Shown: one piece after another, positions 46,290 to 60,590 of the stretch | How positions within the stretch are numbered: position 1 is the first letter of the stretch | Layout: each line of letters opens with the position of its first letter | NCBI RefSeq assembly: GCF_004010195.1 | Contig: NC_057717.1 | Location: 40,850,984 to 40,914,983, forward strand | Direction: 5' to 3' | From: Chiloscyllium plagiosum | Taxonomy: Eukaryota | DNA: 64,000 nt | The notes under the pieces: model-generated | Told to the model about the DNA's origin: nothing | The model's database searches: none | The model's input: only the letters and a program-made list of their open reading frames with translations | Translations under genes and position numbers: made by a program

Positions 46290-49200
46290 ACACACCCCGT
46301 GAACTCCATAGTAAACTCCATCACTGTCATGCCCTCTGCCCCATATTCTGTCACACCAACACAATTAGCAGCCCACATTTCCCCGACCTACGCACTCACT
46401 CCGTTGTACTTTCCCTAACCATTAATGTCAGTTGTTGCACACTCATCCACCGTCATGCTCTCTCACAGACACTCCCAAAGCAATAGTTACTTCCCCTTGC
46501 TTTCATATACAGTCAGGCATACTCCCCCGGACACTCCCCCATCATCCATCTCGCTCCCACGCACGCTGCAACACCGTCAGTGTCATTACACTACACACTC
46601 TCAAAACCATCATGCACACTCCCAACACGATCCCCCAAAATAATCTCTGCTCCCCTGTGCACTCTCCCACCTTCATATTCAAGCGCTGTACGCTCCTCCA
46701 CATCATCACACAGATTCCCTTCACACTCCCATATGTCGCCCTCCACTCCCCCACACAATCCCTGTCGGTCGCAATCACTCTCCAGCACGCTCCCACGCCG
46801 TTACAGTCACTGCTCCGCACACGACACCAGCGTCACTCCCAATTCCCGCACGCTGACCCACCATAATGCTGAATACCCTGCACACTCCGACAGAGCAACC
46901 ATCACCACTTGCCAGTTACCTATCTTCAATTTTATTCAACTGCACGCACACCCATCGTCACACTCAGTACCCCAAACATTCCCCCACTGTAAAGTTCACT
47001 CCTTTGCATACTCCCACAAAATCACACTCACTGCCCCTCACAATCATTAATCATCACGCTCAGTCAACGGCACAGGTACTCATCATTATGTTCACTCTCC
47101 GTACACTGCATCACTATTGAGGACCATCCCCCATTTACTACCAAATCCTCTTGCACAATGCATCCAATTTTGCCCCACTGTCATGCTCACTCTCTGCTGT
47201 GTCATTCATTACCACGCTCACCTCCCCAACATTACTCTCAGTCTGCCGCACATGCCTCACCCTCACTCTAACTCTCCACACACTCCTCCNNNNNNNNNNN
47301 NNNNNNNNNNNNNNNNNNNNNNNNNNNNNNNNNNNNNNNNNNNNNNNNNNNNNNNNNNNNNNNNNNNNNNNNNNNNNNNNNNNNNNNNNNNNNNNNNNNN
47401 NNNNNNNNNNNNNNNNNNNNNNNNNNNNNNNNNNNNNNNNNNNNNNNNNNNNNNNNNNNNNNNNNNNNNNNNNNNNNNNNNNNNNNNNNNNNNNNNNNNN
47501 NNNNNNNNNNNNNNNNNNNNNNNNNNNNNNNNNNNNNNNNNNNNNNNNNNNNNNNNNNNNNNNNNNNNNNNNNNNNNNNNNNNNNNNNNNNNNNNNNNNN
47601 NNNNNNNNNNNNNNNNNNNNNNNNNNNNNNNNNNNNNNNNNNNNNNNNNNNNNNNNNNNNNNNNNNNNNNNNNNNNNNNNNNNNNNNNNNNNNNNNNNNN
47701 NNNNNNNNNNNNNNNNNNNNNNNNNNNNNNNNNNNNNNNNNNNNNNNNNNNNNNNNNNNNNNNNNNNNNNNNNNNNNNNNNNNNNNNNNNNNNNNNNNNN
47801 NNNNNNNNNNNNNNNNNNNNNNNNNNNNNNNNNNNNNNNNNNNNNNNNNNNNNNNNNNNNNNNNNNNNNNNNNNNNNNNNNNNNNNNNNNNNNNNNNNNN
47901 NNNNNNNNNNNNNNNNNNNNNNNNNNNNNNNNNNNNNNNNNNNNNNNNNNNNNNNNNNNNNNNNNNNNNNNNNNNNNNNNNNNNNNNNNNNNNNNNNNNN
48001 NNNNNNNNNNNNNNNNNNNNNNNNNNNNNNNNNNNNNNNNNNNNNNNNNNNNNNNNNNNNNNNNNNNNNNNNNNNNNNNNNNNNNNNNNNNNNNNNNNNN
48101 NNNNNNNNNNNNNNNNNNNNNNNNNNNNNNNNNNNNNNNNNNNNNNNNNNNNNNNNNNNNTCATACACTCCTGCACACTCGACCAACGTCATCTCACTTC
48201 CTTGCACACTCCCCTAGCATCATGCTCACTCCCATGTGCACTCCTATTCCATCCCGCTCACCCTCTCACGCGATTCCCCACCATAGCACTCAATCAACCG
48301 CTCACTCTTGTAGTGGCACATTTTCTGCTCTGCAAACTCACCCCACTGTCACGCTGACTCCCTCACACTCCACCACCATCCTGCACATTTTGCCGCACAC
48401 TTCCCCAATTTCACGGTCATTCCCTCACATTCTATCCCACACATTCCCCAGATACTTCTCCCAGCGTCACACTCATTGTCCCTCACACGCCAATAACACC
48501 CCGTGTGCTCGGCAGCACAATCTACCGCTGTCACTCTCATTCCCTCATACACGCCCCGGAAACTCCAACACCGTCACTGCCTCACACACATCCGACACAC
48601 ACCGTGCATCCACTAACAAACACATCCCCAACTTCATTTGCTTTCCGGGACACCCTCATCCAACGTCACGTTCACTCCTGTTCCCACTCCCACACAATCA
48701 CGCTAAGTCATTGGCACACTCCCAAACTGTAAAACTCAAACTCCTGCTCGCGCCACAACCATCACGTACACACTCCGTTCAATTGTCACCAACATTCACA
48801 ATGCCACCTGCACACACCAACAATCATGCTGATTCCCTGCACACTTCTCTACTGTCAAACTTACTGCCCCGTTAGCTCCCTCACATCTATACCTACTCCC
48901 CGATTCACTCTACACCAAATTCGCACAAGCCTGCTTACCTTCCCACATTACACACATCTCCCAAATTTACCCACACCATCCTGTTCACTCCCTCGCATTG
49001 AAGAGAACTATCACGCTCAATCCCCTGTACTCTCCTGCCGAATTCTGCACTCAAGCCTGCTCCCTCCGCAACTGTCATGCTCACTCTGCTGAACAATCCT
49101 GCACGGGCATGCTGACTCGGGGCTCACTCCACACCATCATTGCCAAGGTCCCAATCACTTACCCAGTGTTACACTCACTACCCAAAGTCACTCACAAAAT

Positions 49201-52200
49201 TGCACTCAATACCCAACATACTCCCCACATTACCGGGCTCACTCACATGCACTCAATCGCACGCACTTCTCAAATGTACCGATTACTCGCACGCTCACTG
49301 TCGCAACCTGAAACTCACCCCCCCAAACACATCCCACATTGTTACGCTCACTCTCCCTCACACTCCACCACTGTCACACTTCGTGTGCTGTGCACTCCTC
49401 CACTGTCACCTTCACTCCCTTACATACTGCTCTGCACATTCCCCCATCGTCAGTGTCACTGTCTCTCACAACCCCCTCACGCAGCCTCTTAGATTTCCCC
49501 ACTACCCTGCAGACTCCCCCGCCCACTTTCCAACTGCTAACATCACTCAAATGCATACTCCTTCGTCAAATCATTCACTTACCGCACACTCCAACACCGT
49601 CACACTTACTCCACTGCACATGCCCCCACCAGCATTTTCACATCCTGGACACTCCCACACCTTCACTCTCACTCATCAACACAATCGCCCACCATCATAC
49701 TCCCTCTGCTGCACACTCACTCACCATCCCTCACACTCTTCCACACACTCTCCCACAGTCCCCGTAACTCTCTCACACAATCCTGGACCATCGCACTCAC
49801 GCTCCCACATGCGTTCACTCTCCCAAACACTTGCCCCCTGTAATTGTCATTCCCTCACATTCTGTCCCAAGAACATGCTCTCTGCCCCGCACACTTCCCT
49901 GACCGTGACTTTCAACTGCCAATCACAACACAGAATCCTCCCCCACTTTCACGCTCACTCGCCCGCATACAACCCTGCTCACTCTCCCACAATCATGCTC
50001 ACTGCGCCGAACACTCCACTGCCAACCCACTTCCTCTTCTGCACACTCAGCAATTTTCAAACACTTTCCCTCCTAAAGAGCGCAGCACCATGCGAACACA
50101 TACGCACAATCCAACACCATCCTGATCATTCTCCCGCACTCTCCCCGACCATCACGCTCACTCACTCGCACACCCCATCACCATCACATTTACTATCCTG
50201 GACACTCACTCCATTGCCACGCTCCGTCCTGCTCACAACTCACCACGATTCCGCCGACTCTGCCATGCATTCCAGCAGCGTCACTCTGCTTCCCTCACAG
50301 GTTCATCCGCACATTCCCTTCGTCTCCCGCACTCCGACACAAACTCTCCCGTGCATTCCCTAACAGGCTCCCCCAATATAATGTTCTCCTCCCACACACT
50401 GTCACATCAACACACTCTCTCATCCACACAAAACCCCACCGCATGCTCACTTCCCCATACATTCAGAAGTTTTAATATCGACCGAGGCACACTCTCCCAC
50501 TATCACAATAATGCCGCTTGCACAAGCCCACACCATCATTGCCGTCACACGCATACTCCAATAGTGTCTCACTCAATACCCCGTACACACAAAAACCATC
50601 ACATTTACTCTCCCGCACGTTATTCCACCGTCAAACTCTCTCCACCATACATTCTGACACCGCCCAGTTCACTTCCCTGCACACTCGCACACCATCACGC
50701 TCACTCATCCACATAAACCCCACGGTCACGCTCACTTGCATAGACACACCCCCATGATCACACACACTCCCCTACTCTCTCCATCACCCATGCAAACTGC
50801 GCTGGTCACTCATCCACAATCACACACACTCGTCTGCCTACTCACCCACAATTACACACACTCCACAAAGAGGCCTTGATGCCAGGTTCAGTTCCCTGCT
50901 CACTTACACTTGATAGTGCACACTCCTAACTCAGGAGCTGCCGATTTCACGCACACATCCCTACATTCCCGCTCACTCCACCTCTGCCCTCTCTGCCCAC
51001 ATCCCGCTCACTGTCCCGCACACCCTCCCAAAATTATGCTGTCACTGCCAGGTACTCCCATACCGTCGTGCTCATGTTCCCACACACCTGCCTACCATCC
51101 AGCTCAGTGCCCTGCACACCTTGCCTCAGTTATGCACAGTCACGAACACACTCAACAAATTTATTTTCATTGCCCCTCATAATCACCAGTATTGTTTTCT
51201 ATACTCTGTGCACAACCGCGCAATAACTCCCATCGTCACGCCCACTCTCCCAGACGCTTCCACATTGACACGAAATCCACTGCACACTCCCTCCCACACA
51301 CCCATAGAATCAAACAATTTTTTTTTCAGTATTCTCACTGGGAAAATAAGACGGTCGTGGAATACCGGCTATTAGACCAAATGAGATTGAGGTTAACAAG
51401 GAGTATGTATTAGCAATTCGTGAAAGAGTGAAAGTCCATACGTCACCTGGGCCAAATGGGATTTACGTCGGATTCTCTAGGAACAGAGGCAGAGGATTGT
51501 GGAACCTTTGGCTTTATTCTTTGTGTCGTCATTGTCTTCAGGAATAATGACAGAAGACTGGAGAAAAGCAAATGTTGATCCTTGTTTGAGAGAGTCGGAG
51601 CAACCCTGGTAATTGTAGACCAGTGGACCTTACTTCGGTTCTGTGTAATGTGTCGGAAAATGTTACAAGAGATTGGATTTACATAATCGAGGAAGGAATA
51701 AGAATGATTAGTGATCATCAACACTGTTTCGTCAAGGGTATTTCATGGCTCACAAACATTATTCAGATCTATGAGAAAGCGACTAAACAGGTGGATGAGT
51801 GTAAAGTGATTGCTGTGATGCATATGGATTTCAGTGAGGCGTTTGATAAGGTTTCCACGGTAGGCTGTTGCATAAAATTCCAAGTTAACGGATTGAGAAT
51901 GACTCAGCGGTTAAAATCAGAAATTGGTTAGCTGACAGAGTATAGAGTGTGGTGGTTGATGAGAAATGCTTTTCATGGCGTTTGAATACGAGTCGTATGC
52001 CGCAAGGCTCTGTTTTGTGATGTCTGCTGTTTGTCCTTTGAAACATGTGGGCAGAGAAGGATGAGTGAGTAAAATTGCGAATGACACTGCCTTCGTCAGA
52101 GTTGTGGATAGTGCTGAAAGATGTTATAAGTAATAGACGGACATAAATAAACTGCTGAGGTGGGCTGAGAAGTGGTAAATGGAGGTTAATTCCGAAAAGT

Positions 52201-55200
52201 GTGAGGCGATTCACTTTATAAGGAGTTACAAGAATGCAGAACACAGAGTAGTGTTGATGATTAGAGACCTCAGAACATCGATCCCTGCAAGTTCAACCCA
52301 GATTGATAACTTTGTTAAGAAGCCATATGGTGTGTTGGCTTTTATTTGTAGAGAGATTGCCTTTCAGTGTCATGAAGTCATGTTGCAGATGTATAAAACT
52401 CTGGTGTAGCTGCAGATTTTTATTGTGGAAAGATCTGGACACCGCATTATGGGAAGTATGTGGAAGATTTGGAAAGGGTTCAGAGCAGATTTACTGGAAT
52501 ATTGCCAGGTATACAGGAAAGGTCATACGAGGAAAGTCTGAGGGACTTGACACTGTTTTCGTTAGAGTGAAGAAAGTTGAGAGGTGGATAAATGAGACAT
52601 ATAAGACAGGATGGGCGGTGTGAACATTTTTACTCGGATGTTGATAGCTAGCACGAGGGCACATAGCTTTAAAATGAAGGGTGATTGATGGAGCATAGAT
52701 ATCAGAGGTACATCCTTTATTCAGAGAGTAGTAGGGGGAGAGAAACAGCCTGCCTGCAACAATAGAAGAAGACGCCAAATTTAAGAGCAGTTAAATGATC
52801 TTTGCACAAATATATGGATAAACATGGAATATTGTCGTTTGGATAGGCTTCAGATCAGTTTCACATTTGGTGTAACATCGAAAGACAACTAACCTGACCT
52901 GTGCTGTATTCTTCTGTGGACTATACCACCCACGCAGCCTCGCACTCCATCCCATCGAATTTAATCCCCTGTACACTCCCACACTTAAAGTCCCAATCCC
53001 CCACATACTCTCCCACTGTCACACTCATTCGGCTGCATACTACTACATCATCACACTCACCTCCTTACACTCTCGACCAACGTCACTTTAATTCAATTAC
53101 ACGCACTGACACTGTTATGCACACTGGCCTGCGCACACCCCCACTGTCACATGCTCTCTCACACTCACTCCCCTGCACATTCCATTGTTATCACATTGAC
53201 TCCGCTGTATATTCTTGCCCCATCGGGCTCACTCTCCTGCACTCTTCGAAACCATCCTGCATAGTCGCCAGACTCTGCCACTGTCACTATCGCTCCCGAA
53301 CACTCCGCCAGCACCACGTTCACTCTCTCTGCACAGTCTCCCCCTTTTACACAGTGTTCTCCGCACACTACCCCGCTATGACGCTCTCCTGCGCACACGC
53401 CGCCACCAGCACCCTGACTTCACTGCTGTCTTAGCCAATGTGAAGCTCATGCCCCACGCTCTTCCTCACTGCCACTTTCGCTGCACTGAATACTGCCCCG
53501 ATGTCGCGCACACTCACCCAGACAAACTTGCCCCCAGTGCTCACTCCCCCGCATGCTCCCTCTCTGTTACACAGGCTATCCCACACAATTCCCCACCATC
53601 ACCTGTACTCTACATGTATGTCCCCCACCATCACACTCACTCACCTGCACTCACCTGAATTTCGCGACTCCTTTGCTGCACACCGTTGCACCATCAGAGA
53701 CACTCCCATGCACACTTCCACGCTGTCATGCACAATTGCTGTACACTGCACCATCCTCACCCTCACTCCCGACCACACACCCCTCATTGTAAGTTCACTC
53801 TCCCTGCACATTAAGCTGCCAACACACTATTGCAATGTGCATGACAGCACGGTCACAATCTGTCCCCAGCACGAACGCCCACCTTCATGGTAACGAACCA
53901 TTACACTTCTGTACCATCACACTCACTCCCCCCCACACTCAAAAACCAACAATTCAACTCAACAGAAACACCCCTAACGTGATGCTGATTCCCCGGACAT
54001 TACCCCACCGTCATTCTTACTCCACCACACATTCACTCTCCGTCACGTTGACTCTCGCATACACTTGCCCACTGTCTTGCTCATTTTACTGAATACTCAC
54101 CCACTGTCACACTCACTCCCCTGCACACGAGCCCATCGTCGCGCTCTCTTCTGCATACACTGACCTCCATCACACTCAACCCACTGCACACGTCTTGAGC
54201 CTCACACTTTCTGCTTCTGCACACTGTCCACCATCACATTCATCCATCACCGACTCCCCTGCCTGCATGCCTACTGCTCAGCACACTCTAACACCGCCAT
54301 GCTCACTCGCTCACTCACTACCCCATGAACATGCACACTCCCCCAGTTTCTCCACCACCATTGCACAAACTCACATGCTCCCTCTCCCACAGTCATGGTC
54401 ACTGCCCCGCGATCACGCACACTCTCCCTTTGATTTCTCCACCATCATGCTCACTCCCCGGTATCCTCACCCACCTTCATGCACGCACCTGTGCTCACTC
54501 TCCCGGAGTACATTAATTCTCCCAGTCACTTCCAGACTCTCAATCATAATCCCCCTCACACACCCCTAACCGTCAGTTTCACTCCCCCACTATCACACAC
54601 TCCCTACACACTCCCATCCATCACACTGACTGTCTGGCACACTGCCTCAACATCACCCTGGCTCCAACACATACTTCCACACCATCAGGTTCACTCCACT
54701 GCATGCTTTCACACTGTCAGGCACAGTCGCCGCAGACGTCGCTTCATCACGCTCACTCGCCCGCACATTCTCCCATCGACACGCTCACTCGCCCTCACAC
54801 TACCACTCCATCACGCTCACTATCCCTCACACCTCACCACCGTCACGCTCACTCCCGCAGATATTACCCCACCAGCACACTCACATGCTTGCACTCTCCC
54901 CTACCAACACACTCATTTCACTTCTCTCGCCCCACTGTATGCTGCTGCATTCTTCACCCCCGTCACACTCACTCTCCATGTACACAACCATCCAATACGA
55001 TCACGCCCCTGCATACTTTCATACCGTCATGCCCAATCGCTGCTGTTTTCATTTGTGTCACTCTTACTATCCGTGCACTCCACCACCATCGCACTCACTC
55101 TCCGCACAAGCTAACCCACTAACACACTCAGCCCCCGCGCACTACTCCACCGTCACACTCACTTCGTCATAAAATTCCCAACTGTCGCAGACACTCCCTA

Positions 55201-55335
55201 TCACAAGTCCCGTCCGTCACCCTCACTCCACCGAACACAACCTCAACCAGATGCTCACTTCCCCACACACTCCCATACCATCAAACGCACTCCCCTGTAC
55301 ACTCCTCTACCATCATGTTCACTCCCCCACACTGT
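46290..55335. repeat. Large degenerate ~35-bp C/A-rich satellite, interrupted by gap 47290-48160 and a CR1 insertion
   Basis: Recurrent unit approximately cactcactcccctgcacactcccccaccatcatgct. Strong depletion of G on the + strand. Confidence 0.85.
51305..52915 (+). mobile_element. CR1 LINE ORF2 3' half inserted in the satellite
   Basis: QHCFVKGISWLTNI and AVMHMDFSEAFDKV, WAEKW*MEVN, and a CR1 3' UTR. Confidence 0.9.
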
Positions 55336-55338
55336 ACT

Positions 55339-55344
55339 TTTATT
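55339..55344 (-). terminator. Candidate poly(A) signal of the GPCR gene
   Basis: TTTATT on + (AATAAA on -), about 210 nt past the stop and directly before GT-rich satellite sequence. Confidence 0.5.
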
Positions 55345-55551
55345 GCTTACAAATTGAAGTGACGATACAGTTAGTGGGATGGTACTTTTCTCACTGATCC
55401 CTGAGTTGTGAGAAGTTTAGAAATGTGTGCCTATAATTCCCTGTGGGATAAGATTCGACAAAACAGCACGATCCTCATTATGTATCCACAGTGATAGGCT
55501 GTTCCATTGCTGAAACAATGAACTGAATCTAGAAAGCCCTTAATGTATTGA

Positions 55552-56459
55552 TTATTGAGTGAATGTAATTGATTTTTGAATTTGGACAAAGGGATATTTC
55601 AACACATTCGTCAGCTGCTTTCTGAACATCTTCTGGGTTACAGCATAAATCACAGTATTTGTGCAGCAACTGAGGAGCTGCAGTATGGAGCCCAGTTCCT
55701 TCACAAAGGAATGGAGAAACCGAGACTTAAACCCAATGAGATACATCCGGTACCATATAGAATATACCATTAACGTTGACCACAACAGAATGAAATTGGC
55801 CGAGATCACAAACAGTAAAATGACAGATTTTTGTCGATTTCTCATTTCTGTGTCACACTGAGCGTTCGCATTATTGTGAGCCTGGAGTCTCCTGCGGGCT
55901 CTGCTGGTCACCAAAATGTGTCTTACAGTGAAAACGTTGAGCAGCAAAATCAAGTCAAATGGGAGAGCCGGGGTTAGAATTTGGTGGAAGAACTCGATGG
56001 CGATCCAGACTCGAGAGTAACGAATATCCTTTGTTACATTACAAAACCAAGGGGCATTCTCCAGCCAATACCGAGCTGTGAACATAAAATACCAGAAAAT
56101 GTTCTTTACACAGCTCAGCACAGTTACTGTTCCGAGGACCACAACTGCCGTTTTCTCACTGCAATATTTAGTTTTCAGCTTCTGGCAACAAATGACCAAA
56201 AATCGATCAAATGTGAAAGTGACGGTGAACCAGACAGAACAGTCAATGGCTGCATAAAGCAGGACAGCGTGGATATCACATACGTGGATGGAATACATGA
56301 AATAGAACTGTTCATAATAAACAACAGGAATGTGTCTCAATATCAAGTCGAGGATCATGACTAATAGATCTGCCACTGCCATGGCGCCCAGGTAATGGCT
56401 GACACGGGGAGACAATCCAAAATCTTTAGAAAGTAGGATGTAGATCGTCACTACGTTAA
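55552..56459 (-). CDS. Class A orphan GPCR of the GPR139/GPR142-like family; main coding exon (end of TM1 to C-terminus)
   Basis: Open frame with VNVVTIYIL (TM1), YLGAMAVADLL (TM2), DCSVWFTVTFTFDRF (TM3, DRF), CCQKLKTKYC, PFxLILLLN (TM5), FILLW (TM6) and SCCTNTVIY (TM7). Acceptor gtttgttttccgttcacacAG at 56461-56460, phase 1. The ORF-track start at 56478 is intronic. Confidence 0.88.
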
Positions 56460-56999
56460 CTGTGTGAACGGAAAACAAACAAATTATACATCAGCCTGGA
56501 GGCAAATTATCCGTTGACCCAGTGACATTTTCACAGGTGTCACTGTGTTCAGAGAATTATCAAAATAATTGGAACTAAAATAACAAATTGAAAGTTCTGA
56601 CTTCATGACAAAGTCGTGTCATAAAACACATGAAATCCCCTCCCCTCCCCAAGCACACGTATATACATGCTTAATAACAGATGCTTTCGTGAACATTCCC
56701 ACACACTCGGTCACTTGAGAGTTTAAATACGGAGGGTGAAAACTTTGCTATCCTGAAGGTTTCTCACCTAGTTCCTAAAGGACAACCGGAGATTGGAAAT
56801 TTCTGCCTTTTAGTCGAAATTGTGAGCGAACCTCTGTCGTGAAGAAATGTAAACGCAGCGAAAATGTATTCACTCCTTTAAATGCTCGAGGGGACTTCGA
56901 ACTGTACCCGCTTCTACTTGCAAAGGGATATCTCACCTCGGGAAATTAACTTTTGTTCAAATCACTGACGTACGATCGTTCATAAATAATGTTAGTGAA

Positions 57000-57270
57000 A
57001 GAATGTTCCGGGGAATGTCAGTTATAAAATAATTAAGCAAATGTTGATGGTAGAAATTTCCAGAGAATGTCAGTTATAGAATGTTCCGGGAAAATCATTT
57101 ATAGATTGTTTCAGAAAATGTCGGTTGAAGAATGTACTGGAGAAAGTCTGTAATAAAATGTTCTAGTGTGTCTCAATTGTGGAATACTCCGGGGAATGTC
57201 AGATATAGAATGCCTGTTACAAAATGTTCAGAAGAATGTCAGTTGTAGAATTCTGGAGAATGTCAGGTCC
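57000..57270. repeat. ~26-bp tandem repeat, about 10 units, in the GPCR intron
   Basis: gaatgttccggggaatgtcagttata repeated with variation. Confidence 0.85.
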
Positions 57271-57299
57271 AGAAAGTGACAGTATCATGAAGATCCACA

Positions 57300-58520
57300 T
57301 CACAAAGTGCCTTCTTCCAATTACTTTTGGTGAGAGCCACTCAAACTAATTGTGGGAATCTCTCCCAAAACTCAACTGGCACTTAGCTACAAAAGCAATA
57401 TGGTGAAGACAATACCTCGATCATTTGATGGAAAATCCTCTTTTACTAACATACAGATGTCATCCCTTATTTCGAGATCTCCCCGAACTCCATTTAATTT
57501 TTGAATAACATTCCAAAATATAACATGTTCTAAATGTTCAGTTTCCAATATCAGTCACCCTCTAGTCATGTTTCTCAAATGCCATTACATCATTTGAATT
57601 TTCCCTCAAATTATGCAGTGAATGCTGTCATCTATTTTGCGAATACATTTTGATAGAGGACCTTTCATTCAACTTAATAACTCATTATTTCCTCTCCCAT
57701 TGTTCCCTTTATTCCTCATCATGACCAATCAGGAAAAAGGCAGAAATTCGCATGCTCACATAATCAGAACTGATAGACAATGTTTTATGAAACCCCTTCA
57801 CGATCCCTGAGTAGATCCTGTCCCACCGATAGGACAGACGGACTGGATACACCGTGGAATGCATTCAGGGACTGAGTTACGCTGGAATTTCAGAACATTG
57901 ATTCCAGACTAGGGAAACCTGATAGTCACAGTTCAGGGATGTTTTAGGAAATGTCCTGAAGAAGGACATCCACTGCCCTCCACACGCTCTTTGTTGATCA
58001 ATCAGTTCCCGTCGATGCGAAAAACAAATCAGAGGAAGCGCGGAGGGTTGCAATGATGTAGAGCGTACTATTGGTCAGGTACGTCAATGTTGATCACCAA
58101 GAGTGTCTCCAAAAGCATACCACTGACTGAGCAGAACGCAGACTGAAACGCACAGCAGCTAGACGGTGGAAAGTGATAGATGAACAACAGGGAAACAATC
58201 TCAAAAAACTAATTGTCTCAGATAGATCTGCCCCAAACAATTTGCAGGAGCAGCCAGCACAGTCCTGGCGGTGGGAAAATCTCAGCCTCATATGGAAGAT
58301 ACCACCCACTGTGTTATTTGGCACAAATTCCTGCGAAGATGGTCATACTTCCAGAGGACCGAGTAATTGGAAACTGGCCATCCATGAGGCACTGTAGTCA
58401 ATCAGCAACTGCAATACCCATGGCCTTACCTCCACCATAAAGTCAGAGGTGGGCTGTTCACAGATGGTTCCAACATGTTCTATCACCACTCACAACCACA
58501 CCGACATTGAAACAGACCAT
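57300..58520. mobile_element. Decayed LINE fragments (CR1 endonuclease start on -, ~57300-57830; second LINE family on +, ~57850-58520)
   Basis: Minus strand DVMA..ETWL-like remnant. 58430-58520 resembles 39045-39130. Confidence 0.45.
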
Positions 58521-60329
58521 TCAGCACATCGAGAGTTTTAAACAGCAACGGAATGAGGCCATTCAGCCATTCAAGTATTCGAGGCAGTTACTCAGCAATT
58601 GGAGCGGTTCTTTTAATCCCTCACGTATATCACATTGGAAATGAGATGAACTATTTAGACTTTCAAACCTGTGATATACGAGGACTGTTTACAGAGTAGG
58701 AAGACTGGATAAAATAGGGATAAACAAGTCTCTATGAGTTTGACAGACATTAACAGTGACACAGTGATCAGTGCTGAGTCCACTACTATTTGCAAACTTC
58801 CCAATGATGTTGATAAATGGAAGAAATGTGTTCTAATTAAATCCATCAGAGACGCTCAGTTAGCCTGGAAACGAAGTTGTCAACAGGACACAGAGATTCT
58901 GTAATTCGATAAGCAATGGACAGCAATTTGGCAGATGGGATATAACGCAGTTCATTATGAATCTGTGAATTTTTCAGCACAAAAAACGCTGAATCTAATA
59001 TCAACGGAAACATCATGGGAATTCATAATACAGTGTTTATTATACGAAGGTTCAAACTGACCGGTTCCAACGTCAGAAGCGTTGTTCAATCTGACCGGCT
59101 CAATTGCTCTTAGTACACATGGGATATATTTATATGGTTTTCTTGGTGGTGGGGACATGTAAGGGGCAGTGTGTATTGGCCCGTTTATTAAGGCCCTGAT
59201 GCGAGATGCCATTCTTTATTTCGTCGTGGTGAGCTGGAGACGATGGGAAAGTTTGAATGTTCTGAATGAAAAGGCTGAGGCTGCGGACAGGACAGTGGGT
59301 ATTCAGCAACATGTTATACTGTGCATGGTCACACTGCAACGTCAATGGAGTGAGCCGGAAGTTGAAATCACAAGAATCAGAACATAAAACAAAGACATTG
59401 CCGGATTAGTTGTAAAGGTTTGTTATATTACATTCTCAATTCACCGCACATAAAAAACCCAAACACCATAAACCCCAAGGAGACATCCATTTAGCATGGA
59501 CACTGTGCAGACCATGTTCTGCTCTGTCCAATCAAGCTTATTGCCCAGAGTCGAACCATGTATTGACCAAAGCATTGCATTGCTCTGGAAAACGTGACAA
59601 GGTATCTCGACAGCACGGGAGCTGTGTCGACCGCAGCACTGGAATATTTTTCCATACCGCTCTGAGTGAAGCACTCGCCAAAAGATGGAGATGAATTTTG
59701 TTAAACTTTCCTCTTTAATGTGTGTTAATGTCCTCTTCAAAATTATACTGAGAATGAATTGTAAAGCCCGAGGCTAGCAGTGGGTATGTTAATCTCCATG
59801 TGTTCGTATTGCACGGACGACATTTCAAGGAATGGGACAAAACTGCACTGAGTCTCCAAAGTCATTGTTTGGTGATGGGAAAAGCCGTGAAATATCTAAA
59901 AAATGGCAGCAGATTCGTAATGTTCTAGCCAGAGTATCTCTGCTTCACCCGTTTTTTTTAACTTGCTTTTTTTTTGTCTTTCAGAAGTTTTTTTTAACAA
60001 TCTTTAACTTCTTGAATTTACGCTGAGAGGAATGAAGGTGGCAAGTCTTGGAGGGGAATCCCAGATTCGAGTCTAACGCGGGAGACAATGGACCCAGCTT
60101 TGAGGCCCACTTTGTTCTGGAGACTGGGCTAAGTCCCGGCTGAAAACTGGGCCTGGTGCAGTCTGGAAACTCGATGCTTGCACAGACCGGTTGTATGGAT
60201 AGTATTTCCAGTCAAGCTATTTATTCTTGCACTGGACTTCCATTTTTCTTTCTTTCATTTTAGTATCAAGTGCTTAAGTATCTGTACCTCGTTTATATAC
60301 TCGCTTTTGCGTGGAAACAAACGTATGGT

Positions 60330-60590
60330 CAAACAACTCCACACAGACACTGCAAAGAATAACTCTCAAAGACCCATTCCCCGACCTTATTAATCAACAT
60401 TTACCCGGATTAATGCACATCCCCTAGACATTAATGAAAAGTGTGAGCAAATTAGTATGACCAATTCGCCGACTATGCACATCTTTGGATTGTGAGAGAA
60501 ACTAGAGCACGTGCACTAAACCCACGAAGACATCAAAACCGTTTCCTAGGCGCTGTGCGACAGCAGTTCTAAGAACTGAGTTCCATGCTG
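60330..60590 (-). mobile_element. HE1-like SINE fragment
   Basis: tatgaccaattcgcc...tgcacatctttggattgtg...gcgctgtgcgacagcag. Confidence 0.6.

Noticed and set aside
7988-48875. Long ORFs containing X runs (near 8.0, 18.6, 32.3 and 47.1 kb)
   Set aside because: They are open only because they cross N gaps.
46425-55172. His/Thr/Pro/Ser-rich ORFs up to 407 aa
   Set aside because: They result from the stop-poor C/A-rich satellite, are open in several frames and have no domain signature.
57371-57600. Possible GPCR exon 1 (minus strand ...GTG CCA G|ttgag)
   Set aside because: Non-GT donor, an in-frame stop, and the region looks like a decayed CR1 endonuclease.
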